Of a stretch of DNA of 32,000 bases, positions 7,822-16,827 are shown piece by piece (the first letter of the stretch is position 1; each line of letters begins with the position of its first letter). Origin of the DNA: Synechocystis sp. PCC 6803 substr. PCC-P (GTDB lineage Bacteria > Cyanobacteriota > Cyanobacteriia > Cyanobacteriales > Microcystaceae); NCBI RefSeq assembly GCF_000284455.1, contig NC_017039.1, positions 750,001 through 782,000 of the forward strand. The letters run 5' to 3'. The position numbers and the translations under genes are program-made. Below the pieces are notes generated by a model, which was not told where the DNA came from, did no database searches, and saw only the letters and a program-made list of their open reading frames with translations.

Positions 7822-8854
7822 ATTCAAGCAAAAAAATAACCGTGGTGTGAGCCTGATTGAACTAATTGTTGGGGTAATTATCGGCGGCATTTTAATTCAG
7901 CTAGCTTATTTTGCCTTCTCCGTAAATCGTGAAATGTATTTAAAAGACGCGGCTAAAAATGACACCAATCAAAATCTAAAAACGGTATTTGAAATAGTGG
8001 GCCCCACCATAACCCAAGCGGGGGAAGGTATTGGCACAGATCCCAACTTTCCAGTTATTTCTATTCAACCTTTTCCCACTGGTTCGACTAATTCAGAAAT
8101 CGTTGTCCGTCAGTTAAAAATAGCCACCAGATTGAGGGTTTGTGAAGATGTAACCGCTGGTGCCCAGACAGAAATTACTGTCTTGCGATCCACTGATGAC
8201 AGTACTAAAACCCCTGAAATTCCTCCCGCTGGTTGTGCTCCTGTAGATGGCAATGGAGACAATTATCCTGATGATTTGGCCCAGTGGAAAAGCTATCGAG
8301 AGAGCAATGGCGGCAACCTACGGGTTTATATCTACAACGGCAATGGGCAAGGAGAATTTCTTAACTATGCCAGTGAAGCAATTTATGACGCAGGGGGAAG
8401 TGCCATCGCAGGGACTCCAACCTCAGGGCAGGTAGCTTCGGCTGCCATTGGAGTTACGGGAAACCTTACTAATAATTACACTGCCGGCGGATCAACCCAA
8501 TTGCTAATTCTAGAAGAACGGGGCTATCGCCTCAATGGAACTACTCTGCAAGCAACTATTGATGGGGTTTCCATTGATGTTATTGACAACGTCGGTCAGT
8601 TTACTGTTACCGCCACAGTCATACAAAACAATACTCCTTCCGATTGCACTAGACTTCTTCCCCAAACTAGCACTTTTACCTGCGCCCCTGCCCTAACTAC
8701 AACCTACAATTGGTCCCAAATTAATGGTATTAACGTTACCAGTCGTCCCGGCATTGGCGAAAATACTCCTGGCTTATCCGCCAGCAATGTTAGCCAGATT
8801 AATGGTAAATCCCAAACTCAGACTTTTTATCCACGGAATTTGATTAACTTCTAG
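7772..8854 (+). CDS. pilA11: Minor pilin, PilW/GspJ-like
   Basis: Prepilin motif KNNRG|VSLIELIVGVIIGGIL with Glu5. Every start that provides a leader (TTG 7745, ATG 7772, GTG 7787) lies inside pilA10, which stops at 7821. From locus memory this is slr2017. Confidence 0.75.
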   Translation: MKPSIVYKLFFLVSAPKFKQKNNRGVSLIELIVGVIIGGILIQLAYFAFSVNREMYLKDAAKNDTNQNLKTVFEIVGPTITQAGEGIGTDPNFPVISIQPFPTGSTNSEIVVRQLKIATRLRVCEDVTAGAQTEITVLRSTDDSTKTPEIPPAGCAPVDGNGDNYPDDLAQWKSYRESNGGNLRVYIYNGNGQGEFLNYASEAIYDAGGSAIAGTPTSGQVASAAIGVTGNLTNNYTAGGSTQLLILEERGYRLNGTTLQATIDGVSIDVIDNVGQFTVTATVIQNNTPSDCTRLLPQTSTFTCAPALTTTYNWSQINGINVTSRPGIGENTPGLSASNVSQINGKSQTQTFYPRNLINF

Positions 8855-8929
8855 AGCAATATAGCCTAATTTTTTGTCTATTCTATCTTCTTATAACTCT
8901 GCTTACAGCTATTTTTACTCACTAAAGTC

Positions 8930-11329
8930 ATGAAAAATAAAGCGATTGGTAATCTTCGTCTGACTCTATTTTTATTCTCTAGAAATCCTAAGAGTAACCC
9001 TAGGGGTTATATGCTCTTTTTGGTCGTATCTCTACTAATTACCCTCTCCGGTTTGTTGGTAGCCTATGCTATTTTAGCCAAGCTTCATACCCTATCGTCT
9101 AAAGGAACTGCCATAGGAAGTAGTGGTTTCTACGGTGCAGAAGGAGCCCTGAATATGCGGGTAGAAGAATTACGGGAAGTTTTTCTGAGTGATAGAAATC
9201 CTAGCGGCACCAGTCCTAGCTCTTTAGACCAATGCCTACAGCAGTCTAACTTGGGGACCGGGGATTTCCGTTGCAAGGTGGCGAGTTTTGCTTCCCCCGA
9301 TGACGCTACAGCCAATATTCTGGCTTACAGCTATGTGGTACCAGAAAACAATGGCGTGGCTACCCAGGGCACAGTGCCCCCAGGGGATACTTTTCAGGGA
9401 TTGAATATGCTGGAAAGTCGCTATGCCATCAGTGCAGTTAGCGCTAAAGAAGGTGCTAGCCCTGACGAAGTAATTGCCATGACCGAAATGGTGGTAAAAA
9501 GTAGGCAAATTCCCATGTTTCAGTTTGCCGCTTTCTACGCCAACGATTTAGAAATTTTGCCTGGTGCCCGCATGGACTTAGAAGGTCCGGTTCACACTAA
9601 TGGCGATCTTTTTCTGGGGGCTAACAACAATGCACCCAACGGTCTGACAATTACAGGGCAAGTCACAGTTGGTAATCAGCTTTTTAATCATCGTAAAAAT
9701 GATAATTCTACTTATCCTGATGGCCGGGTACGAATTGCTAATGGAGCAGGAACTTTGATTAATTTGTTGTCTGGAGGGACTGGAGGCACTACCCAAACAA
9801 CAGCGGCCATGAATCCGGCTAATGTTAATGCCAGTTGGGGAAGCCAAGTACAACTGGGGGTAGAGGCATTGTCCATTCCCACCATTAGTACCTTGGGGGT
9901 TGGGGGTAACTATGCTCAACAAGCTGATATCAACTTTGTTTATGCTCCAGAGAAAACTGGTGTTAATGTTCCTGGTATTGGCACGACCATAATTCCGTTT
10001 GATGTCACAGCTACTAAACGCGATGCGCTTGGCGCTGGAACTTCTACAACGCTGACCAATGCTCAATTGGCCAGTTTACGTCAGCCCGTTTTGGCAACAG
10101 GGGCAGCAGTAACAGCAGGAGTTTGTACTCGTGTTGGTTCAAGTCTGACTCCAGCTCAAATTGCGACTCTACCAACTGGTCTATCAGATACACTCCGTAT
10201 AGCAATTCTCTCTCAAACTATCCCAGTTCCTTTTTCCGCTACCAATGTTCGTTTTTCTGATATTGATCCTCTCAACTTAAATGCCAACACTACTGCATTA
10301 ACAGGGATAAGAAATATTCTCTTCGGGACTTTGAATACTGCTCAACAAACTTTGATACTGCCTTTGACTCCCAATCAAATTGCTGATTTAGCTGGTGGTT
10401 GTTTTATCAGTGCCCCCATTCAGTATAGGGATCCTGCCGCCACTGGTTACACCGCTACTGGACTAAGCTTTGTGAATAACCGCGAGCGTGACGGAGGTAA
10501 TCCGAGAACCATGCGCCTGCTTCAAATAAATTTAGAAAGTTTGACCGTTTGGAATTTTCAGGGATGGTATCTTGATAATGCTGGTACAGGCTTAATTTCT
10601 GCCAATCAACTATTATTTACCACGGCCACAGCAGATAATGCCGCTCCTCTGAATTCTTTCCAAAACTTAGGTTTAGCGGCTTCCGACACCAGTAGTAATG
10701 GTTTAGTTTTTCATGCCACTGTTAGTGCCAGTGCTACCCCAAACCCCAACACCAATGCTAGTCCCTACGGATTTGTGTTGGTTGGGGGCAGGCAATTGCC
10801 AGGATTGGCAGAAACTACAAATAACTTTGATCCCACAGGTTTAACCTTTGTCAGTGATCAGGCAGTCTATGTGGTGGGAAATTACAACACTGTCAATTGG
10901 CAACCAGCAAGTGTACTGGCTGATTCGTTAAATGTTCTTTCACGTTTACGACTTAATAATGATTTCCAGCTCAATAAAGCTTCTCTTACGACGGCCCCAG
11001 TCTCGGAGGATACAACAGTTAACACGGCATTTTTGGCTGGTACAGATATAACTAACTCAACTCTGACTCCCGGCTACAATGGTGGGCTAGAAAACTATCC
11101 CCGTTTCCACGAAAATTGGGGTGGGAGAACCCTGACCTACAGAGGATCTTTTGTTAGTACAGGATTACCCGAGCGGGTTACGGGGCGATGGAGCAATCAG
11201 GTATATGGTGCACCCAATCGAGATTGGCGCTATGATACCCGATTCAATAATGCCAAGAATTTACCGCCCCTGTCTCCCCGGTTTGTATTTCTGAAACAAG
11301 AGGGCTTCTCCCGTAATTTTGACCAGTAA
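8930..11329 (+). CDS. Large pilin-like protein (799 aa): prepilin-type N-terminus without Glu5, then a T/N/G/A-rich extracellular region; candidate GspK/PilX-like tip protein or adhesin (slr2018)
   Basis: The N-terminus ...SRNPKSNPRG|YMLFLVVSLLITLSGLLVAY has a basic leader, Gly at -1, a hydrophobic helix and Leu at +5. It is the fourth gene of the pilin operon. I recognise no other domain. Confidence 0.6.
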   Translation: MKNKAIGNLRLTLFLFSRNPKSNPRGYMLFLVVSLLITLSGLLVAYAILAKLHTLSSKGTAIGSSGFYGAEGALNMRVEELREVFLSDRNPSGTSPSSLDQCLQQSNLGTGDFRCKVASFASPDDATANILAYSYVVPENNGVATQGTVPPGDTFQGLNMLESRYAISAVSAKEGASPDEVIAMTEMVVKSRQIPMFQFAAFYANDLEILPGARMDLEGPVHTNGDLFLGANNNAPNGLTITGQVTVGNQLFNHRKNDNSTYPDGRVRIANGAGTLINLLSGGTGGTTQTTAAMNPANVNASWGSQVQLGVEALSIPTISTLGVGGNYAQQADINFVYAPEKTGVNVPGIGTTIIPFDVTATKRDALGAGTSTTLTNAQLASLRQPVLATGAAVTAGVCTRVGSSLTPAQIATLPTGLSDTLRIAILSQTIPVPFSATNVRFSDIDPLNLNANTTALTGIRNILFGTLNTAQQTLILPLTPNQIADLAGGCFISAPIQYRDPAATGYTATGLSFVNNRERDGGNPRTMRLLQINLESLTVWNFQGWYLDNAGTGLISANQLLFTTATADNAAPLNSFQNLGLAASDTSSNGLVFHATVSASATPNPNTNASPYGFVLVGGRQLPGLAETTNNFDPTGLTFVSDQAVYVVGNYNTVNWQPASVLADSLNVLSRLRLNNDFQLNKASLTTAPVSEDTTVNTAFLAGTDITNSTLTPGYNGGLENYPRFHENWGGRTLTYRGSFVSTGLPERVTGRWSNQVYGAPNRDWRYDTRFNNAKNLPPLSPRFVFLKQEGFSRNFDQ

Positions 11330-11582
11330 AACTTGTATATTTATCTCCCGTAACTAGTCCAGGAGACCACTATTTCAATGGCTACATTTGAGCATTTTTT
11401 TGGCGTCTGAAAATGGCTACTAATCGGCCCTAGAGAGAGAATTTGGGGATGGGTCACTTTTTGGGGGAAATACATCACCCTAAACTTCTCAAACATACCC
11501 TTGGGCAGAAAAAGGACTTCCGCTGTACTGTGTTAGATGGTGCCTCAGCCTAGAATCATCGTTTTTTGTCTTTGCCGACTCT

Positions 11583-13364
11583 GTGACTAAACCCATTGCC
11601 CCCCTCCTCAGCCTTTTAAATTACAGCCGGGTCCACCGTGCCAAAATTTACTGGGCGGTAACCTGCTCATTGCTGAACAAAATTTTTGATCTGGCTCCCC
11701 CGGCCCTAATTGGTTTAGCCGTGGATGTGGTGATCAAACAGCAGGATTCTTTCCTGTCCCGTTGGGGCATTGTTTCCGTACAAAGCCAACTGTTGGTGCT
11801 GACGGTGGCTTCGGCGGTTATTTGGGCCCTGGAATCAATTTTTGAGTATGCCTACGAGCGGCTTTGGCGTAACCTCGCCCAGGATATCCAACACGATCTG
11901 CGCCTGGATGCCTATGCCCATTTGCAACAGCTAGACCTGGCCTATTTCGAGGAAAGGAGTACGGGGCGGCTGATGGCCATTCTCAACGATGACATCAACC
12001 AGTTGGAGCGGTTTTTGGATGTGGGGGCCAACGAAATTTTGCAGGTGCTGACCACAGTGGTGGTGATTGGTGGAGCATTTTTTGTCATTACCCCGGACAT
12101 TGCTTGGATGGCGGTGGTGCCCATGCCCTTTGTGCTGTTGGGGTCGATCTATTTTCAGTCTTTGCTCACTTCCCGTTATGCCCTAGTGCGGGAAAAGGTC
12201 AGTAATTTGAACAGCCGTTTGTCCAATAACCTCAGCGGCATTATGACCATCAAAAGTTTTGCCACCGAAGCGGAAGAGGTGGAACGGCTCCGGCAAGACA
12301 GTGATGCCTATCGGGACAGTAATCAACGGGCGATCGCCTTGAGTGCGGCCTTTGTGCCTTTAATTCGGGTGATTATTTTTGCCGGTTTTTCCACCATTCT
12401 CTACTTCGGTGGTTTGGATGCGGTGCGGGGTAATTTGGCGGTGGGCAGTTACAGTATGTTGGTCTTTTTAACCCAACGACTACTCTGGCCGCTGACGGGT
12501 TTGGGCAAAACTCTGGATTTATATCAACGGGCCATGGCTTCCACCCAGCGGGTGATGCAACTTTTAGCAACTCCTATTCAAGCTCATCCGGGGGAATTAA
12601 GCCTCCATCCTAGCCAGGTGCAAGGGGAATTAGTTTTCCAAAATATTAGCTTTGCCTATCCCCATCGTTCAGCGGTGTTGAAAAATGTTTCCCTAAGGGT
12701 ACCGGCGGGGCAAACCATCGGCATTGTGGGGGCAACGGGGTCGGGAAAAAGCACTCTGGTCAAACTATTACTGCGACTGTACGAATGGGATAGCGGTGAC
12801 ATTCTCCTAGACGGGGTGGATCTGAAGAAATATTTCCTGGGGGATTTACGGCGCAGTGTCGGTTTAGTAAGCCAGGACGTGTTTTTATTCCACGGTACGG
12901 TGCGGGAGAATATTGCCTACGGCAGTGCTGACGCCACTTTGGCCCAAATTGAACGGGCGGCCAACCTAGCGGAGGCAGAGGAATTCATCAACCAGTTACC
13001 CCAGGGCTACGACACCATTATTGGCGAACGGGGACAAAAACTTTCCGGTGGTCAACGGCAACGGTTGGCGATCGCCAGGGCTATTTTAAAAAATCCTCCC
13101 ATTCTGATTTTGGATGAAGCCACGTCAGCGGTGGACAACGAAACAGAGGCGGCCATTGTCCGTTCCCTGGAAAAAATCACCAAAAATCGCACCACCATTA
13201 CCATTGCCCATCGCCTTTCCACTGTGCGCTATGCCGATCAAATTTACGTGCTGGAAAACGGCATGGTACAAGAAATGGGCAGCCACGAAAGCCTACTGGC
13301 TCACCAAGGACTATATGCCAAACTGTGGCGGGTGCAAACGGGGCTAAGGAGTGGGGTTAGTTAG
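11583..13364 (+). CDS. ABC exporter, fused TMD-NBD half-transporter (MsbA/ABCB-like), slr2019
   Basis: It has six N-terminal TM helices, Walker A GATGSGKST, signature LSGGQRQR, Walker B ILILDEATS and the H-loop TIAHR. The start is GTG 11583. Confidence 0.85.
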   Translation: MTKPIAPLLSLLNYSRVHRAKIYWAVTCSLLNKIFDLAPPALIGLAVDVVIKQQDSFLSRWGIVSVQSQLLVLTVASAVIWALESIFEYAYERLWRNLAQDIQHDLRLDAYAHLQQLDLAYFEERSTGRLMAILNDDINQLERFLDVGANEILQVLTTVVVIGGAFFVITPDIAWMAVVPMPFVLLGSIYFQSLLTSRYALVREKVSNLNSRLSNNLSGIMTIKSFATEAEEVERLRQDSDAYRDSNQRAIALSAAFVPLIRVIIFAGFSTILYFGGLDAVRGNLAVGSYSMLVFLTQRLLWPLTGLGKTLDLYQRAMASTQRVMQLLATPIQAHPGELSLHPSQVQGELVFQNISFAYPHRSAVLKNVSLRVPAGQTIGIVGATGSGKSTLVKLLLRLYEWDSGDILLDGVDLKKYFLGDLRRSVGLVSQDVFLFHGTVRENIAYGSADATLAQIERAANLAEAEEFINQLPQGYDTIIGERGQKLSGGQRQRLAIARAILKNPPILILDEATSAVDNETEAAIVRSLEKITKNRTTITIAHRLSTVRYADQIYVLENGMVQEMGSHESLLAHQGLYAKLWRVQTGLRSGVS

Positions 13365-13417
13365 CTCCAGTCCGGAGATAATCGGATTTTTGAAATCCTT
13401 ACCCTTACCCAATGGGA

Positions 13418-14173
13418 CTAATCGATCCAGATGCGCTCTTCCCAATCCTTTTCTGCAGTGGATTTAGCGCCATCTGCCAAAACCGAAGCTAGGTCGAAAT
13501 CCTCCCGGTTGGAATTGGTGGTAGAACTGCTACTACCTTGGGTTGACTTGGTTTTACCTGTGCGTATCTTCCCGTTACCAGAATTACTGGCAAAGGGATT
13601 AAGGATAATACGTCCACCATTATCGTTTGCACGGGAGGGGGTGACTCGGTCCCGAGAAGGGGTGTTGACGGGGGCGCGGCGATCGCCCATTCCCTTGGTT
13701 TCGTAGCCTGTTTCCGTTTGTAGGCGAGTATCCCGGACAAAAGCGATGTTGCTCTGGGTATTTCGACCTTGAAAAGCAGAAGTGGTTATTGCTTCTGGCA
13801 TCAAATGTTCGAGGAAATAATCAAGGGTCTTTTGTTTTACCCAACCCTTGAGCACCGCCACTGAACCAAATCTAACCCCCAATTTGCGCTGTTCTTCCAG
13901 GATTAAATTAACCTGATCCTCTTGGAGTAAATAGGCCTGCTGTAGGTAATAACCCAGGGGACGGCGATCGCGGGTTTTGACCATCCGGGGCCAGGATTCG
14001 GCAAAAAAGTCCACTGTTTCTTGGTGTAACCAGCCCCGCACCACTAAAATTTCGCCAATGGGCAGAGGGGAATATTGTTGGTCCTGGAGAGCAACCTGTA
14101 TCTGGGCCTCGGTAATGAGGTCAGCTTCCCTTAAAATTTCGCCTAGCAATCGGGAACAGGGGGATTGAGCCAT
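13418..14173 (-). CDS. Orphan protein with two tandem GspE-N (T2SSE_N)/MshEN-like modules and a disordered S/T/N/G/R-rich C-terminal half
   Basis: Module A is aa 8-57 (RLLGEILREADLITEAQIQVALQDQ-QYSPLP-IGEILVVRGWLHQETVDFF). Module B is aa 71-123 (RPLGYYLQQAYLLQEDQVNLILEEQ-RKLGV-RFGSVAVLKGWVKQKTLDYFLEHL). Both follow the LGxxL(4)LI(4)L(3)L(2)Q spacing. Confidence 0.55.
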   Translation of the reverse strand: MAQSPCSRLLGEILREADLITEAQIQVALQDQQYSPLPIGEILVVRGWLHQETVDFFAESWPRMVKTRDRRPLGYYLQQAYLLQEDQVNLILEEQRKLGVRFGSVAVLKGWVKQKTLDYFLEHLMPEAITTSAFQGRNTQSNIAFVRDTRLQTETGYETKGMGDRRAPVNTPSRDRVTPSRANDNGGRIILNPFASNSGNGKIRTGKTKSTQGSSSSTTNSNREDFDLASVLADGAKSTAEKDWEERIWID

Positions 14174-14401
14174 GACAGTGAATTCACAAAAAAGATTAGC
14201 CTAAAGTAAAGAGATACTGGCAGGTTGGGGACGCACATACGGAAAAAACAGTTCCTACCAGCCCCCTAGACCCCAAAATCCAGCAAAATCATCGCTTGCA
14301 ACGTCAAAAAAACAGATATATTGACTAGAGCCGATAGCTGTCATAATAAACGATCCTTTTACCGATTGTCATTACCAAAAAAATTAAAGTTTAGCCATAC
14401 C

Positions 14402-16639
14402 CTAAGGACAGAATTTTTTCAGACGCAGAGCGTTGGTCACCACGGAAACGGAACTAAAGGCCATGGCGGCCCCAGCCAGGATGGGATTGAGCAGTAAACC
14501 GAAGAGGGGATAGAACAGCCCAGCAGCTACGGGAATGCCGATCACGTTGTAAATAAACGCAAAGAAGAGATTTTGTCTAATATTACCCATGGTGGCCCGG
14601 CTCAGCTTGATAGCGGTCAAAATTCCCTGTAAATCTCCAGCAATCAGAGTAATATCACTGGCGGCGATCGCCACATCGGTGCCAGTACCAATGGCTATGC
14701 CCACATCGGCCTGGGCCAGGGCGGGAGCATCGTTAATGCCATCCCCCACCATGGCGACGATATTTCCCTTCTGTTGCAACTGTTCCACCTGTTGGGCTTT
14801 ATCGCCGGGGCGCACTTGGGCTAACACATGGCGAATACCCACTGTGTCGGCAATGGCTTGGGCGGTGGCTTGGTTGTCTCCAGTGAGCATATAAACGGAT
14901 AAACCCAGTTTTTTCAGAGCCTGTACTACCTGGGGAGAGGATGGTTTGATGGCATCGGCGATCGCCAATAGAGCTTTAACTTCCGTGTCCACTGCCAGCC
15001 AAATAACGGTTTTTTGTTCCTTTTCCCATTGCTGGGCCTGACTTTGCCATGGTTGATGCTCCGTACCAGTTACCCCCAAATCGGTTAACCAATTGGACGT
15101 TCCTAATCGTATCCATTGCCCCTGCCATTGTCCTGCCACCCCACAACCGGCGATCGCCTGGAAATTGTCTATCTCTAGCAAACTAACCTGTTGGGATTGA
15201 CCATAATTAACCACCGCTTCCGCTAGGGGATGTTCGGAATATTGCTCCACACTGGCCGCCCATTGGATTAACTGTAAACTTTCCTCCGTGGAAGTGGGGG
15301 ACAGAGTAAAAAAGTTGGTCACACTGGGTTTGCCCTGGGTTAACGTGCCAGTTTTATCCAGCACAATAGCAGTTAATTTTTCCGCCATTTCCAGGCTGCT
15401 AGCTTCTTTGATTAGCACGCCATACTCCGCCCCTTTACCCGTGCCCACCATCACAGACGTAGGCGTGGCCAAGCCCAACGCACAGGGACAGGCGATGATC
15501 AGCACTTCCACCAAGGTCAACACCGCCAGGGTAATATTGCCCGTGGTCAGCCACCAAATACAAAAAGCGGCGATCGCCACCACAATTACTGTGGGGACAA
15601 ACCAGTGGGTGATGCGGTCAACAAAGTGCTGGATGGGAGCTTTAGAAGCTTGGGCTTGCTGTACCAGTTGGATAATTTGGGCGAGCACGGAATCCTGGCC
15701 CAACTTGCTGACTTGAATGTCTAAACTGCCGCTTTTATTCAACGTGGCCCCAATCACTTCCGTCCCAACGGTTTTATCTACCGGAAAACTTTCCCCCGTC
15801 ACCAACGATTCATCCACAGTGGAATTTCCCGCCACCACCACGCCATCCACCGGAATTTTTTCCCCCGGCCGCACCCGCACCACATCGTTAATTGCCAACT
15901 CGGCGATCGCCACTGTTTCCCAGTGTTCCCCCCGTTTAACGAGTGCTGTTTGGGGTTGTAGCCCCATTAATTTACGGATCGCTGCTGAAGTTTCCCGCCG
16001 GGCCCGCTGTTCCAACGACCGCCCCAACAGAATCAGGGTGATCACCACCGCCGCCGCTTCAAAATAAACGTGGGCTGCTAACCCTTGGCTAGTTAACCAT
16101 TGGGGAAAGAGGGTAATGGCTACGGAGTAAAAATACGCCGCACTGGTGCCCAAGGCTACAAGGGTATCCATGGTGGCACTGCGGGTTCTAACGGATTTCC
16201 AAGCTCCCCGATAAAACTCCGCTCCAGACCAAAACTGCACCGGCGTAGCCAATAACCATTGCAACCAGGGATCATGGAAAATATGGGGAAAATGGGGAAT
16301 ATTTACCCCCAGCATCATGGGCAAGGAGCCAAAAAAGAGCACAGCGCTGATTACTAACCCCGTTACCAATTTGGCCGAAAACACGGGTTTCCTATCCTCG
16401 GTTTGCTGGGAAGATAAAACCTGTTGTTTAAGCACCCTAGCGTGGTAACCCGCTCGCTCCACCGCATCTGTGAGGATTTGGGGGGTCGTTTCCCCGTGAT
16501 AACTGACCACCGCCTGCTCCAGGGCAAAATTCACCTGGCAAGACTGCACCCCCGGCACTTTGGCGATCGCCCGTTCAATGCTGGAAGCACAGGCCGCACA
16601 GCGCATTCCCTCTAGTTGCAGATTGATGGTTTGGGCCAT
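14402..16639 (-). CDS. pacS: Copper-transporting P1B-type ATPase
   Basis: It has an N-terminal metal-binding domain [12 protein letters not shown] (CxxC), the CPC transmembrane motif ([11 protein letters not shown]), the DKTGT phosphorylation site and the GDGINDAP hinge. 745 aa. From locus memory this is sll1920. Confidence 0.9.
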   Translation of the reverse strand: MAQTINLQLEGMRCAACASSIERAIAKVPGVQSCQVNFALEQAVVSYHGETTPQILTDAVERAGYHARVLKQQVLSSQQTEDRKPVFSAKLVTGLVISAVLFFGSLPMMLGVNIPHFPHIFHDPWLQWLLATPVQFWSGAEFYRGAWKSVRTRSATMDTLVALGTSAAYFYSVAITLFPQWLTSQGLAAHVYFEAAAVVITLILLGRSLEQRARRETSAAIRKLMGLQPQTALVKRGEHWETVAIAELAINDVVRVRPGEKIPVDGVVVAGNSTVDESLVTGESFPVDKTVGTEVIGATLNKSGSLDIQVSKLGQDSVLAQIIQLVQQAQASKAPIQHFVDRITHWFVPTVIVVAIAAFCIWWLTTGNITLAVLTLVEVLIIACPCALGLATPTSVMVGTGKGAEYGVLIKEASSLEMAEKLTAIVLDKTGTLTQGKPSVTNFFTLSPTSTEESLQLIQWAASVEQYSEHPLAEAVVNYGQSQQVSLLEIDNFQAIAGCGVAGQWQGQWIRLGTSNWLTDLGVTGTEHQPWQSQAQQWEKEQKTVIWLAVDTEVKALLAIADAIKPSSPQVVQALKKLGLSVYMLTGDNQATAQAIADTVGIRHVLAQVRPGDKAQQVEQLQQKGNIVAMVGDGINDAPALAQADVGIAIGTGTDVAIAASDITLIAGDLQGILTAIKLSRATMGNIRQNLFFAFIYNVIGIPVAAGLFYPLFGLLLNPILAGAAMAFSSVSVVTNALRLKKFCP

Positions 16640-16732
16640 GGTTAATCGGTAATACTCAGTACAAAGAAAAGCTTACCTTCAATTTTAGCCACCGCCCATT
16701 GGCAAGCTCAGGAATAGCTCCGGGCCCCGCCT

Positions 16733-16741
16733 TGGTATAAT
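16733..16741 (+). promoter_or_regulatory. Candidate extended -10 promoter element (TGgTATAAT) for fabD
   Basis: A perfect TATAAT at 16736-16741 is preceded by TGg. It lies about 87 nt upstream of the fabD ATG in the pacS-fabD divergent spacer. There is no good -35. Confidence 0.35.
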
Positions 16742-16827
16742 TGCCTAGCTAAAGACGGACGATGTCAGCAGTGGAACTCTTTGGCAGTGACCAAATTTTT
16801 AATTTTTTAATTTACTGAGATAAGTAC

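Noticed and set aside
10130-10160. tRNA T-arm-like string GGTTCAAGTCTGAC
   Set aside because: It has no flanking acceptor, D or anticodon stems, and it lies in-frame inside the 799-aa CDS. I found no tRNA, rRNA, tmRNA or RNase P-like sequence anywhere in the window.
13365-13398. Short hairpins (CTCC..GGAG, GGATTT-TTG-AAATCC) between the convergent slr2019 and the MshEN-like gene as a bidirectional terminator
   Set aside because: The stems are only 4-6 bp and AT-rich, with no convincing U-tract. They are too weak to call.
14589-16067. Three plus-strand ORFs (101, 142 and 116 aa) inside pacS
   Set aside because: They are antisense shadow ORFs of a GC-rich gene that carries unmistakable P-type ATPase motifs on the minus strand. 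Their products are Ala/Ser/Thr/Pro-rich nonsense.
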